Below, piece by piece: positions 36,889 to 45,811 of a DNA stretch of 64,000 nt (positions are counted from its first letter, which is position 1; each line of letters starts with the position of its first letter). The stretch covers positions 92,946-156,945 of IMG/VR virus record IMGVR_UViG_3300023176_005537; one strand, written 5' to 3'. The notes under the pieces were generated by a model, which had not been told where the DNA came from, made no database searches, and was given only the letters and a program-made list of their open reading frames with translations. The position numbers were made by a program, and so were the translations under genes. This DNA comes from a virus.

Positions 36889-37488
36889 ATGTCAAAGAAG
36901 TTGTTAACAGAGTTTTATGAATTATGCCCCAATGGGGTTTGCGAAGATATATTAACGGAATCGGAAAAAAGAATGGTTAGGGAGAACGGTGCTCTTTTTC
37001 TTTCTGGAGTGATCCAAAGAGCGGAGCATTTGAATGGTAATGGTAGAGTTTATCCCCGACCTATCTTACAAAGAGAAATGAGCACTTATCGTAAGCTGAT
37101 CGAAGAAGGAAGAGCAGTTGGAGAACTGGATCATCCAGACTCTTCTGTTGTGAACCTTCGTAATGTTTCCCACAAAGTTACTGACTGCTGGTGGGATGGT
37201 GATAATGTTTATGGAAAATTGCAAGTATTGAATACACCTTCTGGTCAAACTCTTCGCGCTTTGGTTGAAGGAGGTGTTAAGATTGGGATCTCATCGCGTG
37301 GATTGGGCTCTGTTGTTGAGTCTGCCGGTAGAACATTAGTAGAAGATGACTTCCAGCTTATCTGCTTTGACATTGTACAAGAACCTTCTACTTCTGGTGC
37401 TTTCCTTTTCCAAGAAGAAAAGCAAAGGCTTCATGAAAACAAAAATGTAAAAATCAATTCACTTTTAGATGACATTTTAAAGGGATAA
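36889..37488 (+). CDS. Prohead maturation protease (T4 gp21-like)
   Basis: NGNGRVYP, GELDHP, VSH, TPSG, GISSRGLGS, FDIVQEPST. Confidence 0.95.
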   Translation: MSKKLLTEFYELCPNGVCEDILTESEKRMVRENGALFLSGVIQRAEHLNGNGRVYPRPILQREMSTYRKLIEEGRAVGELDHPDSSVVNLRNVSHKVTDCWWDGDNVYGKLQVLNTPSGQTLRALVEGGVKIGISSRGLGSVVESAGRTLVEDDFQLICFDIVQEPSTSGAFLFQEEKQRLHENKNVKINSLLDDILKG

Positions 37489-37489
37489 A

Positions 37490-37885
37490 ATGAAAATCAA
37501 CCTTGAAAAATTAAAAAACATTATTAGACCTATTGTTAAAGAAGTTATTGAAGAGTCTTTGACAAAAGATGGTCTTTTAGCTTCCATTATCCAAGAGACA
37601 GCAATCGGGTTGGCAAAAGCACAAGTTATTGTTGAAGAAAAGAAAACCAACCAATCTCAAAAGATTAGAATGGAACAGCAAAATAGAAAAAATCAAGAAG
37701 CAAGAAAAAAGCTTTTGGACTCTATTGGAAGTCAAAGGTTCAATGGTGTGAATGTTTTTGAAAACACAAAGCCAATGACCGCTCAAGAAAGCAGCCGTTC
37801 CCCCTTGGCCAACCAAGATCCAAATGATGCGGGTGTGGATATCACAGCGCTTCCGGGAATGGGAAACTGGTCAAAACTAATTTAA
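37490..37885 (+). CDS. Head-module hypothetical protein with leader-like N-terminal helix
   Basis: MKINLEKLKNIIRPIVKEVIEESL. Confidence 0.55.
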   Translation: MKINLEKLKNIIRPIVKEVIEESLTKDGLLASIIQETAIGLAKAQVIVEEKKTNQSQKIRMEQQNRKNQEARKKLLDSIGSQRFNGVNVFENTKPMTAQESSRSPLANQDPNDAGVDITALPGMGNWSKLI

Positions 37886-37894
37886 GGGAATAAA

Positions 37895-38143
37895 ATGGCT
37901 ACAAACGTAAAAATCTTTAAGAGAAAAAATGAAACAGAAGAAAACCTTGTTAGGCGATTCATCAAGAAATGCAAGAAAGAAAGGATCGTTGAAGAAGCAA
38001 GGGAAAGAAAAGAATATCTTAAACCTTCTGTAAGAAAGCGAAGAAAGCGCGAAAGAGCGCAAAGACAAAGAGAAAGAGACGCTCGGAAAGCTGCAAAGCA
38101 GTTGGAAAAGTTCAAAACAAGAAAAAGGAATAAATCAAAATGA
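37895..38143 (+). CDS. rpsU: Phage-encoded ribosomal protein bS21
   Basis: VKIFKRKNETEENLVRRFIKKCKKERIVEEARERKEYLKPSVRKRRKRERA matches the bS21 pattern (E..L.RFK......E...R..Y.KPS..R). Confidence 0.85.
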   Translation: MATNVKIFKRKNETEENLVRRFIKKCKKERIVEEARERKEYLKPSVRKRRKRERAQRQRERDARKAAKQLEKFKTRKRNKSK

Positions 38144-38574
38144 GTTGGAAATATTATGACGTTGGACTTCACAATGTTGGAAGTTATCAGGTCTCAGGGA
38201 AGCCTTTTTTAACATCTTCAACTGCTCCAGCTTCTGGTTCCGCAGTAACACCCTTGAAGATTACCTTTCCCTTTGTCACGAAAAAGATCGTATTGACAAA
38301 CAATGAGCAAACAGCAAACGAAGATATGCGCCTTGCAATGTCTGCTAGAGGTGTTCGTGATGAAGTTTCAAATTACTTTGTGGTCCACGCAGAGAAAGAT
38401 GGGAACGGCTATTTGGAGCTTGACATTAAATGCACAGAAATCCACCTTATGTCAGACGGCTCACATACTGCTGACTTCTCTGTTTATGCTGCTTTAACTT
38501 CAATTCCTGTTGAAAGAGTTACAAACATTAGCCCGTCTGGTTCAAACTGGTCTGGCTCTGCGGGAATTGGATAA
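38140..38574 (+). CDS. Hypothetical virion protein (beta-rich)
   Basis: GLHNVGSYQVSGKPF start; lies in the head module. Confidence 0.5.
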   Translation: MSWKYYDVGLHNVGSYQVSGKPFLTSSTAPASGSAVTPLKITFPFVTKKIVLTNNEQTANEDMRLAMSARGVRDEVSNYFVVHAEKDGNGYLELDIKCTEIHLMSDGSHTADFSVYAALTSIPVERVTNISPSGSNWSGSAGIG

Positions 38575-38580
38575 ATCAAA

Positions 38581-39075
38581 ATGGCTAGAAGGTATACTGA
38601 TTCTTCTTTTGTTATTCAAACTTTGGCAGAACTTTCCAGCCAAAGAGATAAGACGATCGATCAAGTTCCTTTTTCGATTGGGCCATTTGGAGCAGCAGGG
38701 TTGCACCAAAGAAACAATGCTTATATTGTTTCAGAAAGAGAAAACCCAAAAGATTTTTTATTTGAGGTTGAAAACATGAACTTTAATTTTAGAGAAATTA
38801 CAGAAAGCACAACGGCCAATGCAAATGATCGTGTGATTGGTGTTAAAACAACCACTGCCGAGGCTTCTGTTACAATCAATCTTCCCCCTGCTGCAACCGT
38901 TAGAACCGGTTTTGTGCTTATCGTCAAAGATACCGAAGGAAGTGCAGCAGATTATAACATTGTTGTGGATGCTGCTGGCTCTGAAACAATTGATGGTGCA
39001 GCAACTTTTACAATCACTAAAAACTATGCTGCTATCAACTTTGTTACAAACGGCTCCAATTGGTTTGTTTATTAA
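38581..39075 (+). CDS. Fibre-associated virion protein
   Basis: C-terminal TINLP.A...G..LIVKD..G.A..NI......ETIDG.........Y.......NGSNW domain typical of phage fibre/decoration proteins. Confidence 0.55.
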   Translation: MARRYTDSSFVIQTLAELSSQRDKTIDQVPFSIGPFGAAGLHQRNNAYIVSERENPKDFLFEVENMNFNFREITESTTANANDRVIGVKTTTAEASVTINLPPAATVRTGFVLIVKDTEGSAADYNIVVDAAGSETIDGAATFTITKNYAAINFVTNGSNWFVY

Positions 39076-39091
39076 TAAAAGGATATAGAAA

Positions 39092-39925
39092 ATGGCTTAT
39101 AAACAAGGTGCAGAAGTAGACGGTGTTGGTGGCGCGGGAGCAGTTCAACATGTATCAACTGGCACCACCTTATCAGGAAGTCAAAACTTTAAAGTATCAG
39201 AATCTTCTGTTGCTGTGGAAAATAAACACCTTTCCTTAACTGGCGCTGTTGGGGAACTTGAAACCCCGGCAACTCTTTATTTTTATTCTGGCGTTGAAGG
39301 TGGTGATAATATTCAAGTAGATGGAAACGGATTTCAAATTAACTCTTCCACGTCTGCTTATCTTAACGGTTCCACTATTGGAGAGATCTCTGCCCAAGAA
39401 GTTGGCCTTTCTGGTTCAAATTCCGTTGCTCTACATTCGGACTCTGGCTTGGTACAGTTGAGTGCTTCTTCTGGAACGCAGATCACCGGTGCTCTGGGTG
39501 TTGATGGGACTACCACTTTGGGCACAACAAACTTGGGAACAACCTCTGTGCAGGGCAACCTTTCTGTTGAATCCGGCCAAGCATACGCAGTGATGTATGG
39601 AACAACAATTGAAAGCGCCGGCACAGTTTCTGTTAACTTGAACAACGGAACAAGTCAAATTTTCTTTGTTAACGCCACCAACGTAACAATGTCAAACCCA
39701 ACGAACGGTCAAGATGGCGGAGTATACAACTTTATTTTCAAACAAGATGCAACCGGCTCTAGAGCCTTAACGTTCGGCTCTAAGTATTTGTTTCCGGGAG
39801 GTACGCTCCCTACTCTGACAGAAGCCGCAAACGCTGTTGACGTTGTTTCTTGCATTTACACAGGGGATGTTGATGGTGGCGCACTTCTTTGCTCCGCTGT
39901 TAATAACTTCTCTTCGAGCGCATAA
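39092..39925 (+). CDS. Fibre-like virion protein
   Basis: G/S/T-rich shaft; C-terminal QDATGSRALTF...FPGGT.PTLT.AANAVDVVS domain. Confidence 0.6.
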   Translation: MAYKQGAEVDGVGGAGAVQHVSTGTTLSGSQNFKVSESSVAVENKHLSLTGAVGELETPATLYFYSGVEGGDNIQVDGNGFQINSSTSAYLNGSTIGEISAQEVGLSGSNSVALHSDSGLVQLSASSGTQITGALGVDGTTTLGTTNLGTTSVQGNLSVESGQAYAVMYGTTIESAGTVSVNLNNGTSQIFFVNATNVTMSNPTNGQDGGVYNFIFKQDATGSRALTFGSKYLFPGGTLPTLTEAANAVDVVSCIYTGDVDGGALLCSAVNNFSSSA

Positions 39926-39936
39926 GGTAAGATATC

Positions 39937-40743
39937 ATGTTTACTATGCCAATGGGAATATATGGTAGAGCTAGTGGTGGAGGAGCTAGCTATATCCTTC
40001 CAGTTGTTTATTACAAATTTGAAAGTCAAGACGGCTCAGATACTTCCAATGCTGGTAATTCTTTTGATTTTACCTTAAACGGCTCCCCGGCTTTTACTGG
40101 CTCTGTCCCTACGGGGGGTGGGTCTTATTCTCTTGTTATCGACGGTGTTAACGATTACGGCTCTACCTCTGACAATGCTACAATTGGTTCCGCCATAGAT
40201 GGAGGCTACTCGGTCTCAGCTTGGATCAACCTTTCCCCAACTCAGTATGGCAACACAGGCGTACCATTCTGGAATATATATGACAGCGGTAATGGGAACG
40301 CTAATTATAAAAACGTTGCACAAGGTACTTTATATGGTCACAACAGTACAACGTATGGCTGGGGAGTGCAGGGTATGCACAGAGGGACTGGCGGATTTAG
40401 CAGCATTAGTGTTAGTTACGGTGGTATTGATTTTTCATATGGCTCTGGTTGGAGCGCTGCAACATCTTGGTTCCACGTTGTCTGGACTTATGATCCAACA
40501 ACAGACACACACACGCAATATGGAAATGGCAGTCTGCTTCGCTCAGGAAACCCAGCATCTGGCGATCCTTTGATACCGACCAGTGCTAAGTTTGAAATAG
40601 CTAGAAACGATACCTCAACAGCGAACCAAGATTTCTTTGTTGATGAGCTTGCGCTTTGGGGGCAGGTTTTAACAGCAGATCAGGTAACAACTCTCTATAA
40701 CTCAGGTGAAGTTATTGATAACAATACCGCACTAGAGGAATAA
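39937..40743 (+). CDS. LamG/concanavalin A-like lectin-domain protein
   Basis: YYKFE, DGVNDYG, YSVSAWI, WFHVVWTYD, VDELALW..VLTADQVTTLYNSG. Confidence 0.8.
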   Translation: MFTMPMGIYGRASGGGASYILPVVYYKFESQDGSDTSNAGNSFDFTLNGSPAFTGSVPTGGGSYSLVIDGVNDYGSTSDNATIGSAIDGGYSVSAWINLSPTQYGNTGVPFWNIYDSGNGNANYKNVAQGTLYGHNSTTYGWGVQGMHRGTGGFSSISVSYGGIDFSYGSGWSAATSWFHVVWTYDPTTDTHTQYGNGSLLRSGNPASGDPLIPTSAKFEIARNDTSTANQDFFVDELALWGQVLTADQVTTLYNSGEVIDNNTALEE

Positions 40744-40745
40744 AA

Positions 40746-40967
40746 ATGTCAAAGTATGCAATTATTTCATCTTCAGATTTATCTTCTTATGATTTCTCTT
40801 ATTTGGGCAACGTGAGAAAGTCGTTGGATGAAATTTTAGCTGTTGTAGAGTGGGAAGGCTCAGATCCTCAGTGGGTTGTAGACCTTTCAGCATCAGTTTT
40901 AACACAAGAAGAGGCACAAGCAACAATGTCAACGGCAGCATGGACTGTCTTAACAGGCTCTTCTTGA
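40746..40967 (+). CDS. Small fibre-associated protein
   Basis: 73 aa; VRKSLD...VVEWEG..P....LTQEEA...M...AW pattern, directly after the lectin gene. Confidence 0.5.
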   Translation: MSKYAIISSSDLSSYDFSYLGNVRKSLDEILAVVEWEGSDPQWVVDLSASVLTQEEAQATMSTAAWTVLTGSS

Positions 40968-40996
40968 TCAAAATAAAGTATTTATTAGAAATAACA

Positions 40997-41005
40997 ACTA
41001 TTTAT
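40997..41005 (+). promoter_or_regulatory. Putative late promoter (ACTATTTAT)
   Basis: Intergenic, ~33 nt before the scaffold ATG; AGGAG RBS. Confidence 0.7.
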
Positions 41006-41038
41006 TTATAAAATTTAAGTTTACTAGGAGTATAAAAC

Positions 41039-42088
41039 ATGTCTTCTTTGTTAGAGCAAGCAATCGTAGATGCAAAGGCATTAAAAGAAGTTGCAATTCA
41101 AAACGCTGAAAGAGCAATCATTGAAAAGTATTCTGATGAAGTTCGTTCTACTTTGGATCAACTTCTAGAACAAGAAGAACCTCTTGGCGAAGAAGTTGGC
41201 AATGGTGATCTGGAACCTGCATTGGAAGAGGAAATTCCGTTCGCACACAGAACTTCTGATGTCGAGCCTCAAATGGTCTCTATCGATCTTCAGCAATTGG
41301 AAGAAGAGATCAACAAAAGGTTTGAAGGTGTTCTGGCAGAGAGAAAGTCTTTTCTGATTGCAGAGCCGGAAGTTCTGGAAGAAGCAAGCTGCGGCGGCCC
41401 TCACAAAAAAGATGAAGATGAGCCGGTTTATATGGAAGACGAAGAAGAAAAGCTTGAAGAAGCTAAATGCCCTTCGGATTGTAAATGTGAGAAGTGTAAA
41501 GACAAGCTTGAAGAAGAAATTGAATTGGATGATGAACTTTTCTTGGAAGAAGGCTTCTATTTGGATTACAAAACCCAACCCACAGGACATGTTGGTGCTT
41601 TCACCGACTCTGAAATGGAATTGGCAATGGATCTTGAAAGAATCAAAGAAAAATATGAAGACAAGATCGAAAAACAACAAGGCATTATGCAAGAAGCAGT
41701 TGAGATCATTGAAGATCTTGAAGCCAAAAACAAAAAATATGAGAATTACTTTAAGAAACTGAAAGAAAGTTTTGAAAAAGTTAAATTAGACAACACAAAA
41801 TTGATGTATACCAACAAGGCCCTGATGAACGACTCCCTTAATGAGCGGCAAAAACAAAAGATTGCCGAAAGTTTGTCAAGCGCCAAGAATGAAGAACAGG
41901 CCAAGATAATTTTTGAGACATTATCACAAAGTTCAATGGGAAGCAACAGAGTTGCTCCAAAATCATTGAGCGAAGCAGTCGAAAAACGAAGTCTGTTGAC
42001 AGTGGCTCCTCGAAGAAAAGAAAACAAGGAGACCATTGAAGAAGCAATCTCTAGCCGTTGGAAGAGATTGGCAGGAATTAAAAACTAA
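41039..42088 (+). CDS. Prohead core/scaffold protein (gp22-like)
   Basis: Acidic coiled coil with many LxE sites, ends RWKRLAGIKN, directly upstream of the MCP. Confidence 0.8.
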   Translation: MSSLLEQAIVDAKALKEVAIQNAERAIIEKYSDEVRSTLDQLLEQEEPLGEEVGNGDLEPALEEEIPFAHRTSDVEPQMVSIDLQQLEEEINKRFEGVLAERKSFLIAEPEVLEEASCGGPHKKDEDEPVYMEDEEEKLEEAKCPSDCKCEKCKDKLEEEIELDDELFLEEGFYLDYKTQPTGHVGAFTDSEMELAMDLERIKEKYEDKIEKQQGIMQEAVEIIEDLEAKNKKYENYFKKLKESFEKVKLDNTKLMYTNKALMNDSLNERQKQKIAESLSSAKNEEQAKIIFETLSQSSMGSNRVAPKSLSEAVEKRSLLTVAPRRKENKETIEEAISSRWKRLAGIKN

Positions 42089-42112
42089 AATTATTAATTA
42101 AGGAGAAAACAA

Positions 42113-43912
42113 ATGTCTGTATTGAAAACTTTGACAGAAGGCATTGTTGAGCGTGACCTTGCACAAGAAGGCAAAGCACTTCTTTCCAAGTGGGAAAGAA
42201 CTGGTCTTCTCGAAGGTCTCACTTCTGACTATCAGCGTCAGTCGATGTCTCGTCTGCTTGAAAACCAAGCAAAACAACTCTTGAAAGAAGCATCCTCGAT
42301 GGCTGCTGGTGATGTGGAAGGCTTCTCTGCTGTTGCTTTCCCGATTGTTCGTCGTGTCTTTGGCGGTCTCGTTGCTAACGATATCGTTTCAGTTCAGCCC
42401 ATGAGCCTCCCCTCTGGCCTGATCTTCTTCATGGACTTTACCTACACCAACTCACGACTTGGTGAAACCGCAGGTCGCTCCATTTATGGTACTGACAAAG
42501 TGGCAAAAGGCATCAGAGATGGTGTCAACATCATTGATAGTACCTACACTACCAATAACGGTGGCCCCTACTTGATGGGTGGAACTTATGCTTCCCCTAC
42601 CGCTTCTTGTCGGGTTACCTCCAGTGCAGTCTCTGCTATTGACTACATTGATCTGGACGCCATCACCGATGCAGAAGCAAAGAAAATTCGCTTTGACCCG
42701 GACCTCTCCGGCTCGACCTCTCTCAACCTGTGGGAGATTGCTCTTACTCGCGCCGATCTGGAAGTATTCGGCGAAACTACTGATGATCTGCTTGACTATG
42801 ATAACTTGCCGGCGTTTACTATGACTGGCGACCAGTTGGCAGAATTTGTATCTGGTGGTGTTGATGCAATTGTTGACATCGCTTCCGGCAACACCAAGCA
42901 AATTCGTCGCCTGACCCAGCAGACTTCGACTCTGCTTAAGCTTTACTTTGTGTCCGAGCTTGGTTGGGGTGCTAACTTGGCAATTAAAACCGGCGTTGAA
43001 AAACAAGGTAATCTGGTTGCTCCGGTTAAAGACGACTTTGATATCGGCGGCGCGATTGGTTCCGTTGTCGGTGGAGATCCTTGGGGCCTTGAAGGTGCTG
43101 GTTCTGCTGCTGGTACTTTTGATGGCAGGGCTCGCGACTTGATCCCCGAAATCGATATTAAAGTTGATTCGGTTGCTGTCACCGCGCAAACCAAAAAGCT
43201 CAAAGCAAAATGGTCTCCGGAACTTGGTCAAGACCTCAACGCATACCACAACTTGGATGCAGAAGTTGAACTTACCTCGATCCTTTCCGAGCAGATTGCT
43301 CTTGAAATTGACCGTGAACTTCTGAATGACCTCGTGAACGGCGCTACTGCTGCTACCCGTTACTGGTCGCGTTCACCCGGTCTTTTTGTGGACCGAACCA
43401 CTGGCGCAGAAGTTGGTGCAAACACTGCTGCTCCGGACTTCACCGGTACTGTTTCCGAGTGGTATGAGACTCTTGTCGAGACCATCAACGATGTGTCCGC
43501 AGAAATCCACACCAAAACTCTCCGTGGTGGTGCAAACTTCATTGTTTGTTCGCCGCAGGTTGCAAACATTCTTGAGTTTACCTCTGGTTTCCGTGCTTCT
43601 GTCACTGCTGATGTTGCCAAAGGCGACATTGGTGCTGTCAAGACTGGCAACCTTTCCAAGAAGTTTGACGTTTACGTTGACCCCTACTTCCTCAAGAACG
43701 TGATTCTTGTTGGTCGTAAAGGTTCCAGCTTCCTTGAAAGCGGTTATGTGTACGCACCTTATGTGCCCCTGCAAGTGACCCCGACCATCTTTGGTGTCGA
43801 AGACTTCGTGCCCCGAAAGGGTGTCATGACCCGTTACGCCAAGAAAATGGTCCGACCCGATATGTACGGTCTGGTTGTTTGTCGCGGACTTAACGGCGAA
43901 AGCGGAGCATAA
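42113..43912 (+). CDS. Major capsid protein (T4 gp23-like)
   Basis: LLENQ, FPIVRRVF, VSVQPMSLPSGLIF, KLKAKWSPELGQDL.AYH.LDAEVEL, EIDRE, YAPYVPL, GVMTRY. Confidence 0.97.
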   Translation: MSVLKTLTEGIVERDLAQEGKALLSKWERTGLLEGLTSDYQRQSMSRLLENQAKQLLKEASSMAAGDVEGFSAVAFPIVRRVFGGLVANDIVSVQPMSLPSGLIFFMDFTYTNSRLGETAGRSIYGTDKVAKGIRDGVNIIDSTYTTNNGGPYLMGGTYASPTASCRVTSSAVSAIDYIDLDAITDAEAKKIRFDPDLSGSTSLNLWEIALTRADLEVFGETTDDLLDYDNLPAFTMTGDQLAEFVSGGVDAIVDIASGNTKQIRRLTQQTSTLLKLYFVSELGWGANLAIKTGVEKQGNLVAPVKDDFDIGGAIGSVVGGDPWGLEGAGSAAGTFDGRARDLIPEIDIKVDSVAVTAQTKKLKAKWSPELGQDLNAYHNLDAEVELTSILSEQIALEIDRELLNDLVNGATAATRYWSRSPGLFVDRTTGAEVGANTAAPDFTGTVSEWYETLVETINDVSAEIHTKTLRGGANFIVCSPQVANILEFTSGFRASVTADVAKGDIGAVKTGNLSKKFDVYVDPYFLKNVILVGRKGSSFLESGYVYAPYVPLQVTPTIFGVEDFVPRKGVMTRYAKKMVRPDMYGLVVCRGLNGESGA

Positions 43913-43950
43913 TTTTAATTTAGGTTAAAATTACAACCCTCCTTTTATTG

Positions 43951-43986
43951 AAACCCCCTTCCTTTCAGGTTGGGGGTTTTCTTTTG
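43951..43986 (+). terminator. Rho-independent terminator after the MCP
   Basis: AAACCCCC (43951-58) / GGGGGTTT (43972-79) stem followed by TCTTTT. Confidence 0.85.
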
Positions 43987-43992
43987 TCTTCA

Positions 43993-44001
43993 ACTATTTA
44001 T
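43993..44001 (+). promoter_or_regulatory. Putative late promoter (ACTATTTAT)
   Basis: Immediately after the terminator, ~32 nt before ATG 44034. Confidence 0.7.
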
Positions 44002-44033
44002 TAGAAAACCTTATAAATCGGGAGATCTAATGA

Positions 44034-45308
44034 ATGGCTATCCCCACATTAACACCTGTCAGTCAAACAAGCAAAAATATCTTACCTGAAACTGGGTCTG
44101 TTGCAAATGTAACAAGCACATCAGTTCCTTTTGGGGTCTATCTTAATTCCAATGACTTTCTTTCCGGAGCGGCAGATCAGGTTAACTACACTTACCGTAA
44201 GTTGGGTGGTGATCTTCTTGAAATTGAATTATCAGAAAAACAAATCTATACTGCTTATGAAGAAGCAACTTTAGAATATTCTTACCTTGTCAACATCCAC
44301 CAAGCAAAGAACTCTCTGGGCGATTCTTTGGGGGCTACAACGGCTTCTTTTGATCATTTGGGGGAATACAAGGCAGGAACCCTTTCTTCGTCTTTAAGCG
44401 GCGGAAACGTGGCTTTAAAGTACACAAAATTCTCTTATGGTTATGCTAGAAGGTTTGGAGATGCAGCAGCCACAGAAGCAACTGTTGGTGGCACTCAAAA
44501 CTTTTATTCCTCTTCTTTTACTTTGCAAGATGATGTACAGGATTATGATCTGATTTCCGCAATCTCTTCTTCTGTTGCATCCGGTTCACTGCCGGCGACA
44601 ATTGATTATGAAAACAAAAGAATCATGATCAGAAGAGTTTATTATCTTTCTCCTAGAGCGATCTGGCGGTTTTATGGGTATTATGGCGGCTTGGGCGCAA
44701 CTGGTAACTTGAGCACCTATGGGCAGTTTGCAGACGATTCTACTTTCCAATTGGTACCAGTTTGGCAAAACAAAGCTCAAGCAGCCGAGTATGAAGATGC
44801 AATTAGAACCAGAACGTCTCAATATTCTTATGAGATTAGAAACAACAAGATTAGGATTTTCCCAATTCCACCTTCTCTTTTGAACAATAAAAAGATGTGG
44901 TTTGAGTTTACAGTGGATTCAAATCCTTGGGAAGACGATGCTGATCGCCCCTCTGGTGTTGATGGTGTCAACAATATGAACACCCTTCCTTTTGCGAACA
45001 TTCCATTTGAAAGCATCAACTCGATCGGAAAGCAGTGGATCAGAAGGTTTGCTTTGGCTCTTTCAAAAGAAATGTTGGGACAGATCCGAGGAAAATTCAG
45101 CACTCTTCCAATTCCGGGTGAATCTGTTACTCTTAACCATTCTGAATTGCTTTCACAAGGCAAAGAAGAGCAAGATAAATTAAGAGAAGAATTAAAAACA
45201 ATTTTGGATGAGATGACTTATCCAAAATTAATTGAATCAGATGCTCAAATGACAGAGAATGCGCAAAAGGTTTTCACGTCTGCTCCAAATTACATTTTGA
45301 TGGGATAA
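44034..45308 (+). CDS. Neck protein (gp13-like head-tail adaptor)
   Basis: RKLGG..LEIEL...QI; WIRRFALALSKEMLGQIRGKF..P.PG..VTLN. Confidence 0.85.
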   Translation: MAIPTLTPVSQTSKNILPETGSVANVTSTSVPFGVYLNSNDFLSGAADQVNYTYRKLGGDLLEIELSEKQIYTAYEEATLEYSYLVNIHQAKNSLGDSLGATTASFDHLGEYKAGTLSSSLSGGNVALKYTKFSYGYARRFGDAAATEATVGGTQNFYSSSFTLQDDVQDYDLISAISSSVASGSLPATIDYENKRIMIRRVYYLSPRAIWRFYGYYGGLGATGNLSTYGQFADDSTFQLVPVWQNKAQAAEYEDAIRTRTSQYSYEIRNNKIRIFPIPPSLLNNKKMWFEFTVDSNPWEDDADRPSGVDGVNNMNTLPFANIPFESINSIGKQWIRRFALALSKEMLGQIRGKFSTLPIPGESVTLNHSELLSQGKEEQDKLREELKTILDEMTYPKLIESDAQMTENAQKVFTSAPNYILMG

Positions 45309-45319
45309 GGAAGTAACAA

Positions 45320-45811
45320 ATGTCAACAAATAACAAATGGTCACAGCCAGACGCTCCGCCTCCTCCAATGTTCTTGAACCAGAAGGAAAGAGATCTGGTC
45401 AAGCAAGTTAACGATGAACTGATCGAGCGTGTTATTGGGCAAACTATCCTTTATTATCCTATTGATTTGGAGTTGACAAACTTCCATCCTCTTTATGGAG
45501 AGTCTATGGAAAAAACCTTTCTCCCTCCTGTCAGGGTTCACGCAATGGTTAAGTGGGACTCACAGGCAACAAACAACACAGGATACGGAATTGATCGCTT
45601 GCAGAAGATCTCAATCAACTTTCACAAAAGAAGATTAACAGAAGATCAAAATCTTTTTGTTAGGGAAGGGGATTTTGTTCTTTATGCAGATCTTTTTTAT
45701 GAAATTGTCACCTTAACAGAACCCAAGTGGCTGTTTGGACGAGGAGACAAGTCTTTTGAGATAATGGCAGAATGTATCCGAGCAAGAGAAGGAACTTTCA
45801 ATGCACAATAA
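45320..45811 (+). CDS. Neck/head closure protein (gp14-like)
   Basis: ELIE..IGQ.I.YYP......HPLYGE; REGDFV; synteny. Confidence 0.75.
   Translation: MSTNNKWSQPDAPPPPMFLNQKERDLVKQVNDELIERVIGQTILYYPIDLELTNFHPLYGESMEKTFLPPVRVHAMVKWDSQATNNTGYGIDRLQKISINFHKRRLTEDQNLFVREGDFVLYADLFYEIVTLTEPKWLFGRGDKSFEIMAECIRAREGTFNAQ

Noticed and set aside
42452-43249. 265-aa minus-strand ORF (similarly 14507-15223, 49747-50385, 62170-62832)
   Set aside because: Fully antisense to well-supported, codon-biased genes
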